From Hydrolagus colliei (taxonomy: Eukaryota): a DNA stretch of 64,000 nucleotides. The stretch is from positions 26,722,001 through 26,786,000 of the forward strand of contig CM068747.1 in the NCBI GenBank assembly GCA_035084275.1, in the 5' to 3' direction. A program made the position numbers and the translations under genes. The notes under the pieces were generated by a model, which ran no database searches, was not told the DNA's origin, and saw only the letters and a program-made list of their open reading frames with translations. Of this stretch, positions 1-64,000 are shown one piece after another (the stretch's first letter is position 1; every line of letters starts with the position of its first letter).

Positions 1-12
1 TAAATGATGTGT

Positions 13-322
13 GGAGTCCTGAGACTCAGTGGTTTTAGCACTCGCCTCGCAAGCGAGAGGCCTGGGTTCAATTCCAGGCAGGTCAGGGCGAAATTTTGGG
101 CAAGATTCCTTACTCCACATGCCTATTAATAATCCCTCAAATTTTTTTTCTAAATTGGTCATTTCAATCCATGACGTGGGACACGCCTGTGCGCGATTGG
201 CTGCCACGTTTCGTTCATGAATATAGACAATTAACTGTATAATATATTCTGTGAAGCGCTTTGAGACGTCTGGAAGATGTGAAAAGAGCTACATCAAATG
301 CAAGGATTATTATTATTACTAT
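13..322 (+). mobile_element. tRNA-derived Deu-domain SINE
   Basis: tRNA-like A/B boxes, core ctgtgcgcgattggctgcc, L2-like tail ending (TTA)n. Confidence 0.9.
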
Positions 323-555
323 TATTGCTTCCCATACACACATGCGTACACTCATATGCTTGCACTGGAAATGCAATGCAATTTGAGAGCTCAAGGTTTG
401 TTCTGAGCTCCACTTCTCCCGTTGAGGAAATCTGTAGAATCAGGCGAGGCAGCAAAAACACTGTTCAGATATTTTCAGAGAAATTATAATTCATTTTAGT
501 TTTTATGCTGAATTCCCAACTGAATTCTTCAAAATCTTCTGTGTCCCGTCAACAG

Positions 556-53464
<52,909 letters not shown>

Positions 53465-56360
53465 CGCCGCACTGCGGGAAGCTGACGTGCCTTTTGACGT
53501 GAAGATCGAGTTGCCTTCAAACCCGTGTAAAACCTACCCTTTTTCTTTTTGACGATTGCAAAACTCCCCCGTTCATTTCCCACGGCGTTGAAGACCCTTT
53601 TATGTACTTACATCACAGAAATCCTTCTAGAATATAGCAGAGATATATCTGGAGTTTAGGATTAGAACACTCTCACGTACCTAATGACAGATATATTTCC
53701 ATTTCAGCATATCCACTATATACTCATGGTTCAGTTTCACCCACACTCACCAATCAATCAACGACAATACCCACTTTCCTTTCACAAGAGTTTGGGAAGA
53801 CTATAGAAGTGATACTTCCCAACGAGTTATTTTCGAACCTTCCCAATCTGTCCCTGTTAGTGTGTTTCTTAACCGCTCTGCTTTGAACATCCCCTTTTGC
53901 TCACTCAATGTACTGGTGACAACTAGCGTACGATTTTCATTGAGCCTCCGAGTTGCGGACATAACAAAACTTGCTTTCAATCTAAGGATATCGTTTTAAA
54001 CACTTATTTTGTTTACATTACACGACACCATTATAGTTTTATGTTTTCACGTTGCTTTGTATGTGACAGTTCAGCTCTGTGTTATCATCGACAATAAATA
54101 CAGTTGATTCTTCAACTAGTTATTTATCAAACATCCTGTGTAGGACTTCCAGACCACAAACCCTTCTTGTTAAAGCTGCTATTCATGATTATTTTTAAGC
54201 TTGGTTTGCCACTTACACTAGACAACTAACAGTGGAAATCCGGTTGTTTGAAAACGAAACACAGAAAGGTGTTTCCTTATAACGCTATGCACAACATGTA
54301 TTTTGCATCTTCGCACTAAAAAGTAGATAGGAATACCCACAAGTCATTGAATCTGTGTGAACTGAATATAATCACGGTACTACAAAAGCGATGGTCACAG
54401 AGTGGTTGCATAATTCAGAGTCAAAGTGGGAATGAGAGAAAGGAATCTCTTGCCCACATTCGCATCAATTTACAGACCAGCGCTGTGAGATGTCATGACA
54501 GGGTGATCAGGCACTATTTCAATTGCAAGAATTATTATTATTGAGAGGATAAACCGATACATATTTCCAAATAAGCATTAACTGCGTACTAAATTTCCCC
54601 CCCAAAAAAATACTCTGCCGAAGGGCAGAATGTGAATCTTTAAGAGATTTAAGACAGTAGAGCTAATAAGTCAATTATTTCTAACTATAGACCAGCTATA
54701 GACGATCACAATAACTTGCATTCTCCCTTAACCAATGCTGAGTAGCAGGCACATGTGAGAGTGAAACTAGCAGTTCGAAATAGGCAGCAACACTCCAAAT
54801 GGAAGAGACTTTTTATTTGAGAATGTAAAAACCTTGGCTGTCTTCCTGGTTTCCAATCGACGCTCGGTGCAATAGATAAACAGCTTCAGATTGTCGCACG
54901 GAATGATTCGCAATCGTTGAAATTTCAAAACGGCAAACATGCCTGATGCAGTCATTCGATCACGCTAGTCACAAGTCTCACAGTCGTGAATTATCGTGAG
55001 CCAAAGAATCAATCTACATCCACCCGTTTCTTCTGCACAAACATAATTTTGGATCCCAGTTACACACGGTATATGACAAACCTTGGTACCCTATTTTATC
55101 CTAACCTCTCTTCGAAGATTAAGTGTCAAATGGGTGGCAGATACCCAGTTGTTTTTATGTTAACGTGTTTAAATATATTTATTGACTTGAATGTCTTAAA
55201 CATTTGAGTTATTTTATGTGGAGCTACATGACCGATCGTGTATCATCTTGAAAATCTAAAGCCCGTGCTATAAATGCATGCGTTAGTGTAGAATCTTTAG
55301 AGCTGTAGCTTTTAGGTAGAGAGATCTCAATAGTAAGATTTTTATCGTGTCACTCGGTGACATAATATCTGGAGGGATGAATCTGAATTAAATTGAACTG
55401 GGGAAGCTATTCTAAAACTTAGCGTTTTATTTCTACAGTCCACAATATTTCCTGAAACTGTGTCTTACAAATCGGAGTGGTTTGGGATGTTTTATTAATA
55501 GATGTGTATTGCAATTTTATTTAGCACACTTCGCCTTAGTAAGTACTTTGTTGCTTTTAATACAGAACTCATTATTGCCAGAAATCCAAAGCAGACATTA
55601 CTACTATAGCGCAGGTTTTCACATTCTTATTTTAATTTTGAAAAAAAGAATACACACTACACCGCTTCAGCGATTAAAGAGCCAAACATTGCTAGAATAA
55701 AAGTCATCTTTGCATATACAAATGTTTTGTTGTATGGGCTATCCTGACAATCACTTTAATGGGTGTCTCTGTGTTTGTGTGTGTGTGTGCGCGTGTGTAT
55801 GTATGTGTTTGTATGTGTCTCAACATTGTGTAGATTTTACAGTAAATAATTTTGTCTAAGTATTGATCACACAGCAAGTGTACTCTAAGTTAAAAAAAAA
55901 CTGCATTGTAGGTATGTAATTGCACTTTTGCAGACATCAAAAGCCTTTGTTGTTGAATTAACAAGAGTATACAACAAGCCACAGAGGGAGAATTTCCTTA
56001 ACCCTTTCATTGGAGTGTATCGGGCTTCAATCTTGAATTAGGATAAAATTGTCTGCGGCATAATATACTGCTGTCTTTGTACCTTTGTATAATGCTTGCA
56101 AGAATGAATTTAAAAGTTTATGTGACGCGTTCACTAAATCTAAAACCAATACATACAACTAAACAGAAACAATTATAAAAATTCTAAACCATAAATTGAA
56201 GTGATTTTTGACCACTATTTTAACTGTTGCTAACGCAGCATTTCCGTAAGTGTAGTACCTAATGAAGGGGTTAAAGACAGTTTGGTGGTGTTATTGATTG
56301 CTGACGATATCCAAATATCTGTATTTTGTAACAAAATTATTAAAGCAATATTTTATACAA
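53465..56360 (+). other. MYLK: Probable MYLK 3' UTR with candidate poly(A) signals
   Basis: AT-rich and almost free of repeats; AATAAA at 54093-54098 and 55696-55701, ATTAAA at 56339-56344; the end point is inferred. Confidence 0.6.
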
Positions 56361-56454
56361 CATCTCACTATTTGTTGTTACTGGCTCCAGAGTTGACTGA
56401 TACATAAGCTAGACTAACCTAATTCTGCTTGTGTGCTGGTAGTTCTTAAAGGAT

Positions 56455-56737
56455 AATATATAAGCAAGAGACCTGGGTTTGATTCCCAGCAGGGTGAAAC
56501 CTTGGGCATGTTTCCTTACTCCACACGCCTAATAATAATCCCTCAAAAAAACCAACCATAAAACAAATTGGTCACTTCAGTCCACGACCGTTTGTGGGGA
56601 CGCTGCTGTGCGCAATTGGCTGCCGCGTTTTGCCCACAAATATACAGTCACTTCACTTTATTGTATATTCTGCAAAGCGCTCTGAAACGTCTAGAAGATG
56701 TGAAAAGCGCTAAATCAAATACAAGGATTATTATTAT
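56455..56737 (+). mobile_element. Deu SINE
   Basis: B box, core and tail. Confidence 0.88.
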
Positions 56738-58399
56738 ATAATTCTATAAATTCCAAGGTCCATCTTGTGCTTGAAGCAGCAGCGTTCTACCACTAGAGGT
56801 CTGTCTGCCTAATGGCAGGAAAGATATTCATGTAGCATTTCATGAACACCACCGACTTTACATCTTTTATACACGATGGAGACATATCTGAAGATCATTT
56901 CTCAGTGAATTATTCATTCACTTATTTCAGTGACTTGTTTAGAAGTTCTGTACACTTATTCTGCATATAAATAGTACTTGTTTTGTATCAGAAGCACTGA
57001 TCACAAAAAAATGAATGTAATCAGTCGGAATCAAAATAATCCTTGCCTTTGATATAGCGCTTTTCACATCTTCTAGACGTCTCAAAGCGCTTCACAGAAT
57101 ATACTGTAAAGTAGATTGACTGTATGCATCCACTGCACAGTTTTGTAGTTGTAGGTATTGAGATTACCGGGTACTAAATTGAGTAACTGATTAACAACAA
57201 CAACTTGAATTTATATCGTTACCCTCACGCAAGGTCCCAGAGCGCTTGATTAACTGAAAACTAGGTTCATTAATCTCCTTGTTTGAGGTCTTTAATTAAA
57301 ATTCACTTTGAAATGAAACCATCTGCGTTGTGGGTATTGGGATTAATACATCCTCCGGGGTCTAGCGAACTGGTGAAACAGGCTCAATGGGCCGAATGGC
57401 CTCCTCCTAGTCCTGTTGTTATACCTTATTCTCTGCATGGTAATTTAATATTTGCAAGGGCTATTTCTACGCGCTTGATTTGCGTACAAGTTCCTTAAGC
57501 AGCTCGAACGGCTCTCACGATCTGGAGCGGCCTTGATGCACAAACGGAAAGTGAAGTCGCCCAACCTCAATCAGTTTCGCCGCTGGCTATCACGTTTCTG
57601 GCTTTATTAGCAGACCGTAGACAATGGCACAATTTTGGAGTGGAATACAGGAACCTCCCCGAGGCCTATATAGGCGCCAAACTGTTCGAGTGCGTTACAA
57701 ACGAAATTCCACCAGCCTCTACAAGCAAACCAGCTCGGCTTGTGTCGAGTTGGAAATTCTTTTGAAATAAATGGACTACATTCAGGAGTGTGCAGGCGGA
57801 GGCAGTGAGATTCGTGCCCCCCCCCCCCACCCCCACCACCTAAATTTTTTTAATGTTTTGCTGATAATTATAGAATATTTTCTCCTCTTTCATGTTGTTG
57901 CGTCAACTTGTTTCGAGTGTGAATGTGGAGCCTGTGAATGCAAGCCCTTTGCCGTCCCTAATAAACAAGTTTGATCACGAATGACCCAACGAATCCTTGG
58001 ATTCTTTCCACTAAAATGTATACAGAAATAACATGTGACAGTTTGGGGATAATTGCTTGGCAACGGGTCAAGTCGAGTGAAGACAAGCAAAACAACTCGT
58101 GAAGATTAACTGGAATCTGTGTTTACCAAACATCAGAGTGAACCAAATGCATTTAAAGGTGCCACAGATTGATTGTGTAAAGCTCTCTCGAATAAGAAAC
58201 GCACGTTGGAAGGAATTCTTTGATGAGACAAGGGCTCGCTTCTGTGTCCTGTTGACCGTTTGTGTGTAATTACCCTTCCCTCCCCCTCTCCCTCCCTTCC
58301 TGTCACAGATAAACAAACACCGATCTTGGGACAGTTGAGTTGCCCTGTTGCCTCCCACGCATGTAACTTCTAGATACAGAAAGGTCATTGAACGATGTA

Positions 58400-58645
58400 A
58401 ATAATGATAATAATAATAATCCTTGCATTTGATATTGCGCCTTTCACGTCTTCTAGACGTCTCAAAGCGCTTCACAGAATATACTATAGAGTGAATTGAC
58501 TGTATATATCGTGGGCGAAATGCGGCAGCCAATTGCGCACATCAATGTCCCCACAAACAGTCGTGGACTGAAACATCCAATTTTACTATTGTGTTTTTTT
58601 TGAGGGATTATTATTAAGCGTATGTGTGGAGTAAGGAAACAAGAC
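58400..58645 (-). mobile_element. Deu SINE, headless
   Basis: Tail and core. Confidence 0.88.
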
Positions 58646-58821
58646 AAAATACACAGTCACCGCACTTTACAGTGAATCCTGTTTAGTGCTTTAGACTTGC
58701 TCCCAATATTAAAGGCACTGCATCGAATGTAAGAATTTATTATTACTATATTTGCTCTCTGACCTTTGGTGGAGGTAGAAAATCAGCCACGTGTTCCCAC
58801 TCTTGATTGCTGTCCAGTGAT

Positions 58822-58837
58822 TTGCGTGCGTGTGTGA

Positions 58838-58880
<43 letters not shown>

Positions 58881-58890
58881 CGTGTGTGAG
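58822..58890. repeat. (TG)n/(AG)n microsatellite
   Basis: Seen directly. Confidence 0.9.
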
Positions 58891-61024
58891 GTGTAGATTT
58901 GATGTGTTGCAAAGTCAAATAGTCTGCAGATGCTTGTAGTCTAGACTCACACATAAAAAGTTGTCACTTGAATGAGAGCAGCTGGTGCCTGTGGAACCGT
59001 ATACTACTGTCTAAAGAATGAGCATCTTCAGGTGAAACGTGATGAAAATTGGCAGAGCATTTTAATTAAAAAAAAGATAGTTGTTGCCTTATGGGTTATT
59101 GATATACATAACAGTTTCACCAGAAGTGTGGGAGTGACAATCCTCTATTTTGCCTTAAATATTTGCAACATACGTTTGCAAAGAAAAAAAGGCTACAAAT
59201 GTGATTTGACTTATTTAAACACAGATCTTGGTGTTATTACTTAAGGGAACTCAAATAGATGCACAGATGGAAGTTGATATTGTTCAGCACTGATTATAAA
59301 TACATATGCATGCATGCATGCATTCACGCACATATACATACATACATACATTTTATGTTTAGTGTCTAATCACTGCTTCTCTTCCTTTAAAGCAGTTTAA
59401 GTCTCACACAAATAAACATTGTTTTACATTATTCTATCAGCATACTGTGCAAAAATAATGAACTATAAAAGCAAAACGTGTGTTAAAGTGGGAACAATCC
59501 TAAGCGTCAGCCATAAAAAACATTAAATATACAATACGTCAAACAAAGAATAAAATGTAGATACAAACAAGAAGATTTAATGTGGGCTTTTAAAAATCTT
59601 AATAAATGTTTGGATCTCTCTTTAAACAGGCAAGGGGAAGATTTTCTGTAAACATACAAATGCTTTATTTCTTTCTTGTTATTTAGGGAAACTTTCTTCC
59701 ACTTTTTAATTGTTTTTACATAACTTGGACAGATATGATTGGTGTCTTTGTAATCTGTGCCAATCCAGGACCATCTGAATCCAGGACAATTTGGTTGAAT
59801 CCAATTGCATCGCGACTCTGCGACCACCTCCAAACACTCGGACATCACTGAACGAGGCCTTTTTGAACTTGACCTCAGTGAGTACAAGCACACAGAGATA
59901 AACACCGCCTTAAGCCAAGCTGTTCAGAAAGTCCCTCGGGCCCGTTTTCCATGTGTTTCTACTTGTGTGAAATGTATGAACCCGAAACTGGCTAAATTCC
60001 CGCGTGGGACCCAGATTACAAAGTGCACACACAGCAGCTGTGATGTAGGAGCGTGCACAGATGTAACATTTCCAAGCGGAGGAACGTTCTAGATCCTGCG
60101 ACCACCCAAAAACAGTTTTTTTTTCAAAGCGTTTCCAAACGCAGGAGAGAATTAGCTGGAAAACACCGAGAGCAAAAGAAGGCAATGCGTCGGAAAATCC
60201 TAAACTAACAGAATATTCCAAGGAACTGTAAAACCGCTTTCAAATCTGGACAAACGAGATTCTTTCTGCACAAGAGAAAGAACTGTATTTCCATACCTGA
60301 AGCGACACTGGATTTTTCAATGATAGCTTGTTCAGCTCTTGCTATAGGACGAACAGCAATAACAGCTTGCGTTTCAATAGCAACCCTTCACCTTGCATCT
60401 TCGGAGTGTCAAAAAATGCAGAGAATGAGGCCAAAGAACACACAAACAAACATTATCGTGCTTAAAATGAGTTTGGAGGACATTGTGGAGGAGGTCGGAT
60501 GGCTCACTCCAGGCTCCCGACGTTAAACATTCAACAACAACAACAACAACATTACACTTGTATAGTGCCTTTCATATTATGCCAAGGCACTGGACAATTA
60601 TTGTTTCAGACCTGAGATGGGCACATTGAAATCAAACGGTGCTATACTTTGAGCTAAGGAGCCACTTCACAAACAAAACCATTTTGTTTTAAGAATCCAC
60701 CAGAGGTCCTCGTAACACTTTTGCAGACTTTCCTTCACAAGAGCAGACACGGACTCAGGTTTAGCCCATCCCCGGCACTCCTAAAGCCATAGATAGTCCT
60801 CAATGTATACGCCGCTTTGAACCAAATTATTTTTAGCCCATTTAAAAAGCATATTTGATCACAGTCAGGCTTTCTCTCCACCCACCAATGGCATGCAGCA
60901 AAAAGAATAAATCACTGATTGAGGCCGATTTCCAAAAGCCATTTGGATCTTATTTGGCATCTTTGCGAAAGGAGCGGGAAGAGCATGTAAGCAAGCATGC
61001 TTACTTGAATGGGTCTGTCTGAGA

Positions 61025-61240
61025 TAATAATAATAATAATCCTTACATTTGATATAGCGCTTTTCACATCTTATCGACGTCTCAAAGCGCTTCACAGGAT
61101 ATACCGTAAAGTGAATTGACTGTATATTTGTGGGCAAGACGTGGCAGCCAATTGCACACAGCACCATCCCCACAAACAGTCGCGGATCGAAATGACTAAT
61201 TATATTATTGTTTTTTTTTGACAGATTATCATTAGGCGTA
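61025..61240 (-). mobile_element. Deu SINE, headless
   Basis: Tail and core. Confidence 0.87.
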
Positions 61241-61399
61241 ATATGATGTACAGTTGGGGTTGCCTAGAGGCTATGGAGTTTTCCAATGTGCTTCCGACCA
61301 CATCTAGAAGATATGAAAAGCGCTATATCCTGTAACTCAACAACTACAACAACTTGGATTTATATAGCATACTCCACTCCGGACGGCATCTCAGGGCGC

Positions 61400-61890
61400 T
61401 TCAGTGGTTAGAGCGCTCGCCTTACAAGCGTGAGACTTGTGTTCGAATCCAGGCAGGTCAGGGCGACACCCTGCGCAAGCTTCCTTACTCCACTCACACT
61501 CCTAATAATAATCCCTCCAAAGAAACTATAAGAAATTGGTCATTGCAATCCATGACTGTTTGTGGGCACACTGCTGTGTGTAATTGCCTGCTGTGTCATT
61601 TAATTTGCACACAAATATACAGTCAATTCACTTTACAGTATATTCTGTGAAGCGCTTTGAGATGTCTAGAAGACGTGAAAAGCGCTATATCAAATCATAG
61701 AATCATAGAATTTTATGGCACAAAAGGAGGCCATTCGTCCCATCTAGTCTGTGCCGGCTCTTTGAACAGAGCAACTCAATCCCACTGCCCAGCTCTCTCC
61801 CCATAACCTAACAGACCCGTTGTCCCTAAATAAAGATCTAATTCTCTTTTAAAAGCTGTTATCGAATCGGAATGCAAGGTTTATTATGAT
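61400..61890 (+). mobile_element. Deu SINE interrupted in its tail by a CR1 3' end
   Basis: SINE 61400-61693; tail resumes gaatgcaagg at ~61870. Confidence 0.85.
61694..61868 (-). mobile_element. CR1 3' end (same family as 42732-44308)
   Basis: catagaatcatagaattttatggcacaaaaggaggccattcg is the reverse complement of the CR1 tail. Confidence 0.9.
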
Positions 61891-63344
61891 GTCAAATGCA
61901 AGGATTATTATTTTTATTCTATTGCTCCTTCAAAACGATTTGACTCCCGTCTACTCCACGTTTATCAATGCAAATCAGAGACAATTAAAATTGTCGGTTA
62001 CAACACCGATATATTATTTCTAAAAACAGCGTGACTGTTGTTGTCTGTGTGAAATAAACACAAAAAGCATCTGCAATTTGTTGATGGTAGCTATTGCCAA
62101 TCCCACAGGGATACACTTGCTGCTGCAGTGGAAATATGTCGTGACGTTGGTACATAATAATATATTAATAATAATCTTTGCATTCGATGTAGGACTTATG
62201 AAGTCTTCGAGACACTTCAAAGCACTTCACAGAATGGACTGTAAAGTGAACTGACTGTGTATTTTTTGTGGGCGAAATGACATTAGAGTTGGTGATAATT
62301 AACACCCCATCTCAGTGTACGTTTCGCCTGCAAAACAAGGCAAGTTAAGGGACAGAGCGATGGCTAAGATAAGAGGAAATAATTTTTCTTCAGTGCTGTA
62401 AATTTCCATGGTTCTATGGGTGGCACTCCATCTAGTGGCTTCACAACAAACGGATGAAAATAAGTCAACTGAAGCCACAGATCAGCAGAAAAACACATTA
62501 CATGAATGAAAGAAAGATCAAGTTAATATATTATTATTATAGATGCTACCTGACCTGCTGAGTGTTCCCAGTGACTTTTGTTTGGTATCAGATGTATTCT
62601 AGGTTTGACCTTGACTTGTTGGAATTGGATTAAACTGAGATTTATGCGATCGTACGATATCAGAACATATTTTTAATTACAGCTGAACCTATTAATTCTT
62701 GAATTGTAACTTCTGTACTCTGATGTATCTATTCCCAAGGAAACTGGTTTCTCCCAATGTGCTTCAGCAAAAAAAAAGTCTCTACATTGTGACGGTAATT
62801 GCTGTGAGGGGCTTTGAGATAGTTTGATGTGAGTAGGGACGAGAAAAACGCGAGTTGTTTTCCAAACTGTGTTTTGCAGTAAAAGGTAAGTTTAGTTAAA
62901 GAAATTGGTATAAATTGGTCAACACAGACAGAAACAGCTTGATTTGCATTGAAAACTAAAATGCATTAGCTCCTCCATAGGCTTTCCACATGACCTCTTT
63001 TGCTGTCGCTTCTGCCCAATGAAGCAAACAGGTGAAACAAATCAAATCTTAGCAGCCTTAGGATATACTTAAGAACCAGTTCCAGATGAACTGCTATCTT
63101 GTTACACAAACGGAGCCTTAAAAACCTGAGCTGGTCTTTGTTTCTAGTCAACCATATGGTGTTCCAGTTTTTCGCAATCTTCAGTGACCTGATTATTATT
63201 ATTATTATTTTGGGTTCTCAATGGAATTGGAAGATTTGAGTAATGCTATATGCTCCCACCTTACCAACCTGTAAAAGTGGTTTCTCTGGGAGAACAGAAC
63301 CCACTTTGTCATGTCACCAGACTTTTCCGTGAAGTATAATGAGT

Positions 63345-63775
63345 GTTTGTGGGATGCTGCTGTGTGCATTTGGCTGGTGCAGTTCCGCCCGTAAAAAATA
63401 CACAGTCAATCTACTTTGCAATACATTCTGTGACGTGCTTTGAGATAATAATAATAATAATCCTTGCATTTGATATAGCGCTTTCCACATCTTATCGACG
63501 TCTCAAAGCGCTTCACAGAATATACTGCAAAGTGAATTGACTGTATATTTGTGGGCAAAACACGGCAGCCAATTGCGCACAGCAGCGTCCCCACAAACAG
63601 TCCTGGATTGAAAATGACCAATTTTATTATTGTGCTTTTTTTGAACGGATTATTATTAGTCGCGTGTGTATGTGTTCAGTAAGGAAACTTGCCCAAGGTT
63701 TCGCCCTGACCTGCCTGGATTCGAACACAGGTCTCACGCTTGTAAGGTGAGTGCTCTAACCACTGAGCTACAGGA
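63345..63775. mobile_element. Partial plus SINE joined to a full minus SINE
   Basis: 63345-63445 (+); 63445-63775 (-). Confidence 0.88.
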
Positions 63776-64000
63776 TGTCTCATCGATGGGATAAGGCGCA
63801 GTGTCAAATGCAAGCATGAATGTTATATTTTGTAGGCAAACACAGCGGACAATTTGTGCACAGTAATGTCTCACAAACAGCGATGAAACGAATCACCGAT
63901 TTTAGTTGCTGAAACAGTGGATATTCACACCCAGATACACGGAGGCCCTCCTATACAAGTGTCATTTTGTTGCAGTTGTTGTTGTTGTTGTTGATGGGCC

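Noticed and set aside
13-90. tRNA-like sequences (tRNA-Val/Thr-like) at many positions, e.g. 11570, 17602, 51678
   Set aside because: These are SINE heads. They have no proper acceptor stem and always run on into the Deu core and L2-like tail.
62966-63210. Possible minus-strand terminal exon (VTEDCEKLEHHMVD*) or 61-aa ORF
   Set aside because: The putative acceptor is preceded by an (AAT)n run rather than a pyrimidine tract, and I recognise no homology.

Overview
Vertebrate genomic DNA carrying the 3' part of MYLK (smooth-muscle/non-muscle myosin light chain kinase) on the + strand. By hand I spliced 22 coding exons (556-53464, 3884 nt, stop TGA at 53462-53464) into one uninterrupted frame: Ig domains, the DFRxxL actin-binding region, Fn3, the kinase, the calmodulin-binding segment and the telokin-type C-terminal Ig. 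The 5' exons lie upstream of the window, and a ~2.9 kb 3' UTR probably follows the stop. The introns are dense with a tRNA-headed Deu-domain SINE, L2 and CR1 LINEs (two with intact RT reading frames), a hAT non-autonomous element and a Tc1/pogo-type MITE. This repeat landscape suggests a cartilaginous fish, possibly a chimaera (inference, not verified). I found no new multi-gene system. The most interesting signals are in MYLK isoform biology: (1) an internal smMLCK-type promoter whose first product lacks its N-terminal DFRxxL motif; (2) no telokin start methionines and no CArG box in the telokin promoter intron; (3) two GC-AG introns, one competing with a GT donor that would place a stop before the telokin domain. 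Retroelement tails also abut several splice acceptors, and one SINE forms a fold-back hairpin. Repeat boundaries are approximate; exon boundaries were counted base by base.
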